From positions 28,520,001-28,584,000 of the forward strand of contig NC_043013.1 in NCBI RefSeq assembly GCF_006345805.1: a stretch of DNA of 64,000 nucleotides, in the 5' to 3' direction. A model generated the notes under the pieces. The model was not told where the DNA came from, did no database searches, and was given only the letters and a program-made list of their open reading frames with translations. The stretch is from Octopus sinensis (Eukaryota). Below are positions 26,713-38,077 of this stretch, one piece after another. The translations under genes and the position numbers were made by a program. The stretch's first letter is position 1. Each line of letters starts with the position of its first letter.

Positions 26713-27122
26713 CTTAACTCTAGTTTGGTGCCTCACCATCTATTTTGATTCTTATAACTTTCTGAAAAATACAGATTTTTAATGAAATTTTGCAGAGGTA
26801 GATTTTCGATGGAATAAATTGTGATTATGTTGATAAAATTTAGAAAAATAATAATGCATATTTATTACAAATCTACAAATGAAAATTTTGTCTAATTTCA
26901 TTTTGTTTTAAGGAAAAATATCTGTTCTTTGAAAATTAGTATTCATTTCATCATTTTCCATAAGCATCAAGAAATTTGATAAAAGTTAAATTGTAATTAT
27001 TGTATATGAGGCATATATCCTGATATTACCCATGGTGACAGAAATATACTTCCAAAATATACATAATGGATAATACTCTAGCGCGCACGCGTGTGTGTCT
27101 GTGTGTTCATGTGTGTGTATGA

Positions 27123-27188
<66 letters not shown>

Positions 27189-27447
27189 TTGATTAATGAG
27201 AGAGACGGAAGATGGAAGATATGAGAGACTTTATTGATCACTACAATCATTTCAGAATCTATATCTATTAATGGTTATGTATAATACTTTTTCGCTGTAT
27301 TGTGTATTTGTTTCTTTTTGTATCTTATATTTGTTATGGCTCTTCTATAAGTATGAAGCTGTGTACTTTAATTTGCCATTTATATATATGAAAAACGAAG
27401 AAAAAATTTTGTTAAACAGAGTTTATTTTAATGAGATACCTCTTGAA

Positions 27448-27553
27448 ATCACCTGAGGAGACACATCCACAATGATGGATACACCTAAACCAGATGTTCA
27501 GTATCCCACCCATGATGGATCAATGCTGGCTGGGTCGAAACAATTGTAGTGAT
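27448..27553 (+). ncRNA. Type I hammerhead ribozyme with enlarged loop II (GUA site)
   Basis: aucac CUGAGGA gac [~71 nt] guc GAAA caauug UA gugau; palindromic helix III; AATAAA directly downstream. Confidence 0.8.
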
Positions 27554-27573
27554 CAATAAACATTCTTGTATCT

Positions 27574-27790
27574 AAGGCGGTAAACTGGCAGAAACGTTAG
27601 CACACCGGGTGAAATGCTTAGTGGTATTTTGTCTGTCTCTAGGTTCTGAGTTCAAATTCCGCTGAGGTTGACTTTGCCTCTCATTCTTTCAGGGTCGATA
27701 AAATAAGTACCAGTTGCGTACTTGGATCGATCTAATCGACTGGTCCTCTTCCCAAAAATTTCGGGCCTTGTCCCTAGAGTAGAAAAGAAC
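27574..27790 (+). mobile_element. Full-length SINE family A with 16-bp TSD
   Basis: TSD aaacattcttgta(t/c)ct at 27558-27573 and 27791-27806. Confidence 0.9.
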
Positions 27791-28179
27791 AAACATTCTT
27801 GTACCTTTCAGTTTCCATCTCTCATTAATCAAATACCCAACAAACTCTGAGCCAGTGAATATGTTTTGCTGGTAAACTACCAGGTGTATACCATACAATT
27901 TATTAAAGGTTTTCCCTTAATCCTGAAATCAATTGATCTGTAATTAAACCTTGCCATGAATCTTTTTTGTTTATTGGCCTGAATTTGGCACGTATTTATT
28001 GTGATAATTTTAAGGTTGCTTTGTGACATTTGGCATCATCTTTAAGCATGAGGCTAAGCCAGTGTACTTACTTGCTTGCCCTGAATATTAATTTATAAAT
28101 TTATTAATTTTACCTTTACTGGTTTATTACATGCTAACTACCTGATAAAATCATATATAGATTTTATCCTGAATTTTAA

Positions 28180-28731
28180 TCTGTGTTCCTTTCTGTCAAA
28201 GAGCATAGGCTCGAAATGTAAAAGACTTTCTCACTTCCCAAGCATTAAACTAATACATCTGTTTGTTGTTTACACACCTGTGCTCACATGGTCGCACCAG
28301 TTTCATCCTGTCTCCACCTCACACACTTCGGACTTCTTCCTGAATTTTCTACTCTCCTACACTTTGGACTTCCACCTGGTTTTTCTGCACCTCTCCTACA
28401 TACACATGGGTTACATTGGACTCTTCTGTTGAAGAGGAATTTCTACAATACACCATGACATTTGAACCTTTTGAACTTTTCTGAACTTTTTTGTACTTTC
28501 TGCTTTTTCCTTCTCTGTTTTCTCTCAATCTGCACATTGTTGATCTCTAGCCACTAAACCTTCTTTTTATATTTTCTCTCCCTGTTTATTTCTGTGTTCC
28601 TTTCTGTTGAAGAGCGTAGACTCAAAACATAAAAGACTTTCTCACTTCCCAAGCATTAAACTAATACACCTACTTGTTGTTTATACACCTGTCTTCGTCT
28701 TTTGTTTTGTTTTTTTTTGTAAATTCCAACT
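28180..28731 (+). mobile_element. PLE-type fragment with two ~100-bp direct repeats, each containing a hammerhead-like motif, ending in (TA)n
   Basis: 28180-28281 matches 28591-28692; cuuu CUGU(C/U)(A/G)A a gagc nnnn gcuc GAAA (u/c)gUA aaag. Confidence 0.6.
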
Positions 28732-29129
28732 ATATATATATGATGAAAGAGTGAAAACAAGAAAAAGAAAAGCAACAAATTTTAATGAGTGTGTTATTAT
28801 AATGGGTGAAAGGAAAGGGGAAGGGTCTTTAACATTTTGGGTGTGAGTCCTTCATCAGAAAAAAAAGAACAAGAAGCAAAGGTTGCAAAAAAGAAAGAAG
28901 AAAAATAATGTTTTGGGACCAAGTGAGAATGTAGTTCTATGTGTGTGTGTTTACATTCTGTCTCTTAATGGTTCAATGAATAAGAGTTTAAAATGAGTAC
29001 TAGTGTTACTATGATGAAGTAAAAATCCTTCAAGGTGGTGCTTCAATATGGCTGCAGTCTGATGGATGAAACCAGTAACATAATAGAAGAAAGAATATAA
29101 AATTTACTTTATAAACATAAATATTTTAA

Positions 29130-29351
29130 CCCTTTAGCGTTCAGATTTCTATGTCAAAAGTTAACGCTTATTTATTCGCATTGTTTTGAATTAATCAAGC
29201 ATTATCTCGTAACTTTGAGATTTCAATGATGTGATTGTTTATTTTTAGAGTAACATTGTAGGGTAGGTGTGAGAGGCTGGCTCTGGCCATATTGACTGTT
29301 AAAGCAGGTAGAATATGTGGGCTGGACTTGGCGAATTTAAATGCTAAAGTG
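29130..29351. mobile_element. piggyBac-like MITE
   Basis: TTAA|ccctttagcgtt...aatgctaaagtg|TTAA; second copy at 57452-57671. Confidence 0.75.
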
Positions 29352-30632
29352 TTAAAATACAGTAAATTATTAAGTACTTGTTTATTTTAGTAAATGACAC
29401 ATTACTACCAAAAGTGCCATCTTGCACTGCAAAATATATCTTTGACCTTTAGCTTACGCTGTATGTATGGGCAGATGGAAACACCTTGTCTGTTTATGTA
29501 ATATGTTTGTGGTCAAAGGCAGTGAGGTGGTAGAAACTTTAGCACACCGGGTAAAACACTGCTCTCTACAGTTGACATGACCTGCTAGAAATAACAGACA
29601 AATCTCCCTCAAATCATAGCATACCATCTTAAAAAGGAAGAACACTTGAGATAATATAGTGATTCTAGATACATTGTCTCAGTAAGGCTGGGATGGTTGT
29701 AGCTAGAATGCTTTTGATCAAAGGTCTGTTGGGTTAAGGTGTAACTAAAACTAAACATCAGCATATTGATTGAACAAATGTCCTTTGGAAAATGCATGAA
29801 CACCACAAATGCCACTCAGCATCAAGCCTCATCAATTGAAGCTCCAAAGATCAATCATTCCTCTTTGATAGATGCTAGTGCTGCTGCCATGTGTGGGCGG
29901 AGGAAGAAACATTATTACTGCGATAAATAACTATTTTTATGGGCAACATCATTGTCATAATCGCTCCCGCCACCACCACCACCACCACCACCACCACCAC
30001 CACCATCATCATTGTTATTGTTGTCATCATCACCATTATCAACATGATCATAATCATCATCATCCTCATCATCACTATGATTGAGATCATGATCACATCC
30101 ATATCATCAACACTATTATCACTCTCTCCTCCTCCTCCTTCTTTATCATGATCATCACTATGATCATCATCATCATCATTGTAGCATGCGAAGATAACAA
30201 ACAGAAATGCTATATGGAACGATAATCTCTCTCTCAATCTGCATACATAAGATGTAATGATTATAGAGAATTGTTACTGTAGTAGGAGGCAATGTGAGGA
30301 AGAGTAAGAGGAAAGGCAGTATTTGTTGGTAAAATAAATAAAGGTGTCACACTATACAAACCATATTTTTATAGCTCCACCACAAGATCTCAGATATTTA
30401 TGTATGTGTGCATTGGATTGGATTGGCCATGTTCAGTCCACTACAGGATGAAGGCTTCAGTATGTTCTCCTCACCAACCATGTTCTGATATGGAAGCTGT
30501 GAATATGAGCTTGGGATCATACTGGTTTGTTGAGCCTACTCTGCCACACTGGCTCAATGTGGCTTCTTAGAGGGATGTAGTTTTTGTTTTCTTTATACTC
30601 ATACCCAGGAGCAGTTAAGCCAGTTACATCAA

Positions 30633-31090
30633 TCAATGCTGGATTAACCATTAAGCATTGATCAGTGCTGGATTAATCATTAAGTAAAATAAGCATGTGC
30701 TTAGGGCATCAAGGGAAGGAGGGAGCACAACAGAAATAGTAAATGGTTTACAGCACAAAAGAAATCACTTTAAACTTGCTAAAATAATATTTGGAATGCC
30801 TTTATCTCTACTAAGTATAGAGGCAGATGTGTTACTTAAGATTAATTTTGAGGATCTGATTAAAGACCTTGCAATTCAAAAAAGTTGGAGGAAACTTTTC
30901 AAATATGAATAAAGTGGAAGTATACAAAAATAAACATTACTTTCCTTCTTACTGTTTTGTTTCATTTTCAAAAATAAAAATTTATTTTACGCTTTGTTAT
31001 TGTTTATATTTTGAATTACATAATCTTTTATGAAGACACCAAAATCTTTTAAGTGCATGTTACTCCAACCTAATTAGGGGCCTCAATTTA
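30633..31090 (+). mobile_element. Deleted hAT transposon (dimerisation-domain C-terminus)
   Basis: LSLLSIEADVLLKINFEDLIKDLAIQKSWRK resembles the hAT C-terminal LSIE...IDF..II..FA..K.RK motif; end cagtgctggattaa is duplicated. Confidence 0.65.
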
Positions 31091-31152
31091 AGTACCTAAT
31101 TCAATTGAAACATTAATTGTATGTATATATACAAACATACATATATATATAT

Positions 31153-32132
31153 AGTTGAAAAATATCGTTATAGGTATAAATATACTATAAACAATTGTAG
31201 AAAAATGGAGGAGAAAAAGATGTTGCATCAAAATTAGATTTAATACAAAATAGGATTCAATACATACACACGTTTCAAAGGACAATACAAATATGTAAGA
31301 AAAAATTATAATCATTGTAATTATAATTAAAATTTATGCATTGTCATTCTCATCAGTGTTAGGAATTTTTGGAAGGGCATCAAAAAAGCTTTAATAAAAT
31401 AAATTAAAATAAGCTACAATAAGGAAGAGTACAAATGGGGTAATATGGGTAAAATCTGATATTTACAAGCAAGATGTTAAAGGGAAAAAATAACAGTAAT
31501 AATATTAGTGAGAGAGACAAAAGAGAAAAAACGACAGACGTATTGATGTGTATGCACATCTATATGTGCAGTAAACAATAACATAAAAATAACAATAAAA
31601 ATCTAACAGATATGTTTAAAAAAATGGTAACGGGTCGTGACAATGTATAATGTCAACAGCACCACACGTGTATAGTAGAATATAACGCAACAGGTGCACT
31701 AATAGAAAAAAACCATAGAGTGTTATACATATACATATTAATATTGAAAAACGAAAAATATATATATATTACATGAGGCTAAAAGTGATAGGCAAGACAA
31801 TGTTTGAAAAATGTTACAATATTTAAGTAATAATGTACATACAAACAGAAAAAACCAAAAAGAATTTAACAAGTAAAAAAACATTGATCACAGACAAGAC
31901 TGGCCAGTGTATTCGAAAGAGTTACCTTACTCGAAAATTAGGCTGGGGAAGGGGAGACAATCAGAAAAAGGTAGAACAAAAAACGAATATATAAAGGAGA
32001 AAATTATTATAAATTTACAAGTGATTGAAAAAACGTATACACTTAACACATAAGGATATAGTCATACACATATACATACATACATACATACATACATACA
32101 TACATAATACATACATACATACATACACAACA

Positions 32133-32166
<34 letters not shown>

Positions 32167-32706
32167 GAAAACGTGCAAACACTCACACATACACAATCAG
32201 GGATGCAAGTGTGAGGGAAGATACAAAAAGTAAAATAAAGCAGTACGTATTCATATAAGACATATAGAAGTATATATACATACACGCACATACATACACA
32301 CACCCATGCAAATAAGAATATATACACATACACACATACATGTGTGTATATCATCATCATCATCATCATCATTTAGCGTCCGTTTTCCATGCTAGCATGG
32401 GTTGGACGGTTTAACTGGGGTCTGTGAAGCCAGAAGGCTTCATCAGGCCCAGTCAAATCTGGCAGTGTTTCTACGGCTGGATGCCCTTCCTAACGCCAAC
32501 CACTCCGTGAGTGTAGTGGGTGCTTTTTACGTTCCACCTGCACAGGTGCCAGACAGAGCTGGCAAACGGCCATGAACGGATGGTGCTTTTACGTGCCACC
32601 GGCACATACATATACATACATATATATACATACACACACCTACTAACACATACATAAAACATAATTGTTTATGGTATATTTATACCTATAACAATATTTT
32701 TTAATT
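31153..32706 (-). mobile_element. PLE-type element with ~46-bp terminal inverted repeats and a hammerhead-like motif; RTE 3' end nested at 32350-32605
   Basis: 31153-31198 is the reverse complement of 32661-32706; aca CUGAUGA [long stem II] GAAA cgUG ugu at 31266-31359. Confidence 0.6.
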
Positions 32707-32799
32707 ACTATTTTCATATACTTAATACTTGCTCTTGCTGTTTTTTATGAATACGATGAATCTTTATTAGAAATCATTCTTTTCTCTCTTTTTGGACCT

Positions 32800-33272
32800 C
32801 TCATCTGTGAGTTATCAGAGGGTGTGCAGATTAGTTATGGTTCAGTTCAGTCCATTATCACTGAAGATTTGGGTAAGAGACATGTATCTGCCAGGTTTGT
32901 GCCCAAATTGCTTTCAGTTGACCAAAAAGGCACTCAGGATTCAGCTGCACAAGATCTCCTTGATTGTGTTGAGAGTGGTTAAAACTTTTTGAAAACTTTG
33001 CATAAGCCTCTGAGCAGGTATCACCAAGCTTTTGGCAAACTTTGATGCAGATTCTCTGTTCAACTTTCTCTGTCGTGGTCAATGCAATGATCACATGCTA
33101 CACACCTTCCTTCCAAGAACTGCTGTAAACAGAGAAAGTGAGCTAGAATATTAAAACTTAGTGCACATGTACAGCAGAGTTCAAGGTCAGTCTGTGCCAA
33201 GCGGCTTCACTTTGTGTGCTTTAGCTTCATTAATATGGCAACCGTCTGGATTCCTATTGATCAGGCCACGTA
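32800..33272 (-). mobile_element. Mariner relic (N-terminal HTH and TIR)
   Basis: EQRICIKVCQKLGDTCSEAY; end TA|cgtggcctgatcaatagg. Confidence 0.7.
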
Positions 33273-33296
33273 TATATATGTGTGTGTGTGTGTGTG

Positions 33297-33328
<32 letters not shown>

Positions 33329-34669
33329 ATGTATGTACACACACACGCACATAAATATATATATGTGTGTCTTTGTCCCCCCCCCCCCCACTACCACTTG
33401 ACAACTGGTGTCGGTGAGTTTACATCCTTATAACTTGGCAGTTCAACAAAAGAGACCGATAGAATAAGTACCAGGCTTGAAAAGAATAAGCATTGGGGAC
33501 CAACTCGTTCAACTAAAATGTCTTCAAGGTGGTGCTCCAGCATGGTCCCAACCTAATGACTGATACAAGTTAAAGATAAAAGATACAATTTCATGATTTG
33601 AAGAATCCTGGAATCTATTGAGATGCATCCGAATCATGTTGGCACCAGTTTTATTCCTATTATGTTACTGTTACATACATGAAGCGAAGAAGGCAAATAA
33701 GTTCAAAATACAAGACTAGATATATTGACAATGTGTCACTAGATTTTGAGATGTTAGGGCAGGCTTGCTTAAAGTAAAAGAAGCATAAAAAGATAATGAA
33801 AACAAACAAAAAAGAAATGGTGGAAAGCAGAGAATCCAAAGAAGGCACTAGTAAAAACATAGAATTTAGGATTCAATATTGTTTGCTAGCAGAATTTATC
33901 CATGTTTATCTATTCAATCTGTTCAATATCCATTAGTGATTGGCTGTTTGAATATACATATATACTTACTCCCACACACTTGCAAACACACACACACACA
34001 CATACATATACATGCACACACACATCATTCCATCAAGTTGAGAATGATTCCTTTCTTGCTGAAATTGTAGATGCATCATTTATAGGTTATTCTGGAGATG
34101 AATTAAATTTGTATGAATTATTAAATTCTGTAGTGTTTAAGACAGTTGACACCTCTTACTAATAGCATGTTCTTCATATCCTTGCAGAAAACACACATAC
34201 ACCATACAGATAAACAAATACACAAACCCACACACATGGAAAAAGCAAAAACAATCCGAAACTGTTTGTATTTTGTGAGGAATAAAATGCTGTTGAAGGA
34301 AGGCCTGCAAAGAATTAGTCAATATAGTTGATAGGAATTTAGCATAAACAAATCCAAGAATGCAACAGTGCTAATAATAGTGATTTCTTATATTGACACA
34401 GTGCCAGAGCTTTTTAAAGATGGTACACTTGACTAAATTGATTTCACTAGATGGCTGGTGCTTATTTTATCTCCCTGCCAGAGAGATGTGAGGTAAAATT
34501 TGCCCTCTTGGGAATAGAATGAAGAGAATAGAGGCATTGCAATGAGTTGCTTGTCAGGATTATAATCCGCTTCCAGCATTTTTACTCCAGAGCTGCCCAT
34601 AATAGTATTTCTAATGATAAGGTTTCTAATTTGGACAGAAGGTCATTTATTTCGAGGGGATGTATATAT

Positions 34670-35036
34670 TTTATGTTTTATTTGTTTCAGGCATTAGACT
34701 GTGGCCATGCTGGGGCACAGCCTAGAAGGATTTTAGTTCAAATGGATCAACCAATGGTACTTATTATTTTTTTGTAAAGCCTGGGACTTATTGTCAGTCT
34801 CTTTAGCTGAAGTGCTAAGTTCTAGGGATGTAAACATATCAACCCTGGTTGTCAAACAATGGTGGGGAACAAACACAGACACACACACACAGATACACAC
34901 ATGATGGGCTTCTTTTAGTTTCCATCTGTTACCAAATTCACTCAAATACATTTGACCAAGGTGGCACACAGTGAGACTGAACATAAAACCGTGTGGTTTG
35001 GAAGCAAACTTCTTACCACACAGCCATACCTGCACC
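34670..35036 (-). mobile_element. SINE family B (internally deleted)
   Basis: Matches the family-B copies on the minus strand. Confidence 0.75.
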
Positions 35037-35039
35037 TAT

Positions 35040-35623
35040 ATATCGCTGTCCAGTTCAGGCATTGTCGTTCTTTTTCGGCCGGTCGCTGTTGAGGTCAGTT
35101 GTGTCTGTTCTGTTCTGTTCTGTCCTTCCGCCGAGTCAGATAATATTTTTTGCCATCTTCCTATTCGCTAGCTTGCTACACTCGTCTGATTGTCAAAAGA
35201 CACTGTTTTGTTTTGCTTTATTTTTGTTGTAATTGTATAATTATTTTCCTTTTGTCCTACAGCCGAAAAGCATTTGTCCGTTGTACATGTATAATTCTAT
35301 TTCATGTGTTACGTTCATCCAATAGTCGAAAGACCCTTTCTGTTGTTTACTTATTTGTTTCCATATATGTACATTTGTTTGCCTTGCCCAGGGGCTTAAT
35401 GCTTTAAGCTTGAGGTCTTGGTCCAGCTGGTTTCGAGTAATATCGAAAATAAATGGGCGAAACCATGTGGACATTTTGGATTTCGACTGAAGAGACAATT
35501 GGCTGCGAATGATCCATGTATCTTGGTTTGTCCTGTTTGCTGTTGTCAGGCTTTTGTCCTTTACCTGCAAGTTGTGTTTTAGCAGTTTCAGTTTGTTGTG
35601 TTTTTTTCTGTTCTATCTTTGAG

Positions 35624-35626
<3 letters not shown>
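35040..35626 (+). mobile_element. T-rich TA-tailed element with permuted hammerhead-like motif
   Basis: uggUU ucgag ... GAAA cca ... uucga CUGAAGA at 35421-35493; ends gagttatata. Confidence 0.55.
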
Positions 35627-35660
<34 letters not shown>

Positions 35661-35664
<4 letters not shown>

Positions 35665-35930
35665 CCCCCGTGCCGGTGGCATGTAAAAAGCACCATCTGT
35701 CCGTGGCCGTTTGCCAGCTCCGTCTGGCACCTGTGCGGGTGGCACGTAAAAAGCACCCACTACACTCACGGAGTGGTTGGCGTTAGGAAGGGCATCCAGC
35801 CGTAGAAACACTGCCAGATCAGACTGGGCCTGATGCAGCCTTCTGGCTTCACAGACCCCAGTTGAACCGTCCAACCCATGCTAGCATGGAAAGCGGACGC
35901 TAAATGATGATGATGATGATGATGATGATA
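35661..35930 (+). mobile_element. RTE 3'-UTR copy with minisatellite units and (GAT)n tail
   Basis: ggttggcgttaggaagggcatccagccgtaga...catgctagcatggaaagcggacgctaaatgatgat. Confidence 0.85.
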
Positions 35931-36161
35931 TATATATACATATATATATATTCTTTTGATTAGCGGTTGTGTTAACCTCATGAAGGGATGGTTTCATCGA
36001 AGGAAATACTGGTTCAATATCTAGTATTTTGGGGGGATTAATTTCCTTAAAATAATAGGTATATGTATAAACACTTATAGTTTATATTTATATAAAAGAA
36101 GAAAAAGAAAATGGGTATTAGGAAATTAATTGTTTATTATTAACAGAAAATCAATCATCAT

Positions 36162-36245
36162 CCCTTACAGTTGTTTCAATTAATGCTCAGTAAATATAAT
36201 CTAAATATTAAATTTATATGACCTGAGCTTAACATCTTCAGAGGG
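36162..36245 (-). ncRNA. Type I hammerhead ribozyme (GUA site)
   Basis: cccu CUGAAGA u guuaagcucag...cugagcauuaau u GAAA caacug UA aggg. Confidence 0.75.
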
Positions 36246-36911
36246 GAAAAAATATACCCTTGGGTGTTTTATATGTGTTTATGGATTCATTATAGCAGAT
36301 TGAATGATACTGTTTATGAATTGTATTGTTATATGTTTGGGCAAGGGGTTTGCAGATTGATTGGAGATAAGTTAAGGTAGGTAAATAGAATTAGAACAAT
36401 AAATGAATAAATTAGATAGCAATAAAATAGATAGTAATACATAGTAATACTTGTCCATGAGGAGCTCTGCTCCATCAACCTTCTCCTCCACCCACTTTCT
36501 TTCCCTAACACCCAAAATGGATCGGTGAGGGTGCCACATAAAAAAACACCTAATATGCTCTGTAAAGTGGTTGGTGTTAGGAAGGGCATACAGCTGTAGA
36601 AACCATGCCAAGACAGATATTGGAACGTGGTGTGGCCCCAGGCCTTGCCAGCTCCTGTAAAACTGTTCAACCCATGCCAGCATGGAAAACAGACATTAAA
36701 TGATGATGATGATGATGATGATTGATCACTGCCAGATGAGCACAACTAAAGACTAATGTTTAATGTGGAATAACTGAAGATTTTGTGTTTAGTTTGCTGT
36801 CCCTTAAATATAATGTCTATTGACACACCAATCACCATTGATATCTTCACTGTTGCCATTGCTTCCAGCAGTTCCTTGGTCATCACAATCTTCCTAGAGA
36901 AGTTAACCATT

Positions 36912-37092
36912 CAGTTCTATATTTAAGAGATGAGGAATTATGTACATTATTTACTTTATTTACATTTGACAGATATTTGTCCTCATCTTGTTTGTTGTTA
37001 ACACAACGTTTTGGCTGATATACCATCCAGCCTTCATCAGGTGTTTTGGGGAAATTTCTAGCCTGGGTTCTCATTCCTAAGGTATTTTTCGA

Positions 37093-37158
<66 letters not shown>

Positions 37159-37160
37159 TT
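36912..37160 (-). mobile_element. 3' part of the hammerhead-bearing SINE (HHR 37001-37044, G12>A)
   Basis: acac CUGAUGA a ggcug gaugguauau cagcc AAAA cgUU gugu; same tail as 60763-60930. Confidence 0.8.
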
Positions 37161-37342
37161 TTTTTTTTTTTCTTCTTTCAAATTTTCTTCCATTTCTTGC
37201 CGAGTGTCTTCCCGACTCCTAGGGCAAAGAAACTCATAGTGTATATTGGTAGGCCATTAAACCAAACTCAGTAGTTCGTTCGTTCATTTTTTTAAAATTT
37301 TTTTTTTAAAGTTAAATTAAAATACATGAGCAGCAACAGTTC

Positions 37343-38077
37343 TCACATCGACAATGCTCTTCTCAATACGTGTGATGTACCAGTTAAGACAATCTTTTGC
37401 ACTTCTTGCAGGGATGGTAAGCCAGGGATCATTCTCATATAATTTTCGGTTCCCTTCTTGATCATTCCTAGTGCTCCTACGATCACTGGTATTGTAACCG
37501 CCTTGAGATGCCACATTTTCTCAATTTCAATGAGTAGGTCTTTATATTTTCTGAGCTTGTCAAACTCTTTCGCTGAGATATTATGATCACAGGGGATGCT
37601 CATGTCGATCAATAAGCAAACTTTATTGTTTTGGTCTTTTACAACAATATCTGGTTTATTGGCCTTGATGGTTCGGTCTGTATGTACTGGAAAGTCCCAC
37701 AGAATGGTTACATTTTCTCCTTCAGTTACAGCCTCAGGGTGGTGATTATACCACTTGTCGGCAGTTTTGATATTGTAATGCCGACTTATTAGCCAGTGGA
37801 GATATTGGCCAACTCTGTCATGTCTTAATTTATACTCCACTGGTGCTAAGACTTTACATCCAGAGATTAGGTGGTCCACTGTTTCAATCATGTCGTTGCA
37901 GAATCGGCATTTTGGGTCTGCTCCATTTTTCATCACATTGGCCTGGTAGTTCCGGGTTAATAGGCTTTGGTCTTGAGCAGCCAGGATGAAACCTTCGCTC
38001 TCTGCTTTTAGCCCTGAGCTCCGCAGCCACTGATGGGTTTGCTTCTGGTCAACATCAGCTTGTTTGCTGCGGGTCAA
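37343..38077 (-). CDS. C-terminal part of an R4/Dong-clade non-LTR retrotransposon ORF (CCHC zinc knuckle and restriction-like endonuclease), 5'-truncated
   Basis: CRFC..ETVDHLISGC, RHD, KPDIVV...LID...K..KY PD-(D/E)xK signature; uninterrupted 244-aa frame; 3' UTR runs into (TAA)n at ~37095-37160. Confidence 0.9.
   Translation of the reverse strand: MTRSKQADVDQKQTHQWLRSSGLKAESEGFILAAQDQSLLTRNYQANVMKNGADPKCRFCNDMIETVDHLISGCKVLAPVEYKLRHDRVGQYLHWLISRHYNIKTADKWYNHHPEAVTEGENVTILWDFPVHTDRTIKANKPDIVVKDQNNKVCLLIDMSIPCDHNISAKEFDKLRKYKDLLIEIEKMWHLKAVTIPVIVGALGMIKKGTENYMRMIPGLPSLQEVQKIVLTGTSHVLRRALSM

Larger units (their letters stand above)
27183..27836 (+). mobile_element. PLE-type element with ~70-bp terminal inverted repeats and a hammerhead, interrupted by a SINE
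   Basis: 27183-27253 is the reverse complement of 27537-27573 + 27807-27836. Confidence 0.65.

Noticed and set aside
33590-33645. ugaaga...caucc gaa ucaug uu as a hammerhead
   Set aside because: Two core positions are wrong and there is no convincing helix I or II
35380-35410. PLE ORF C-terminal P.GLN motif
   Set aside because: P and GLN fall in different frames and no upstream GIY-YIG similarity is visible
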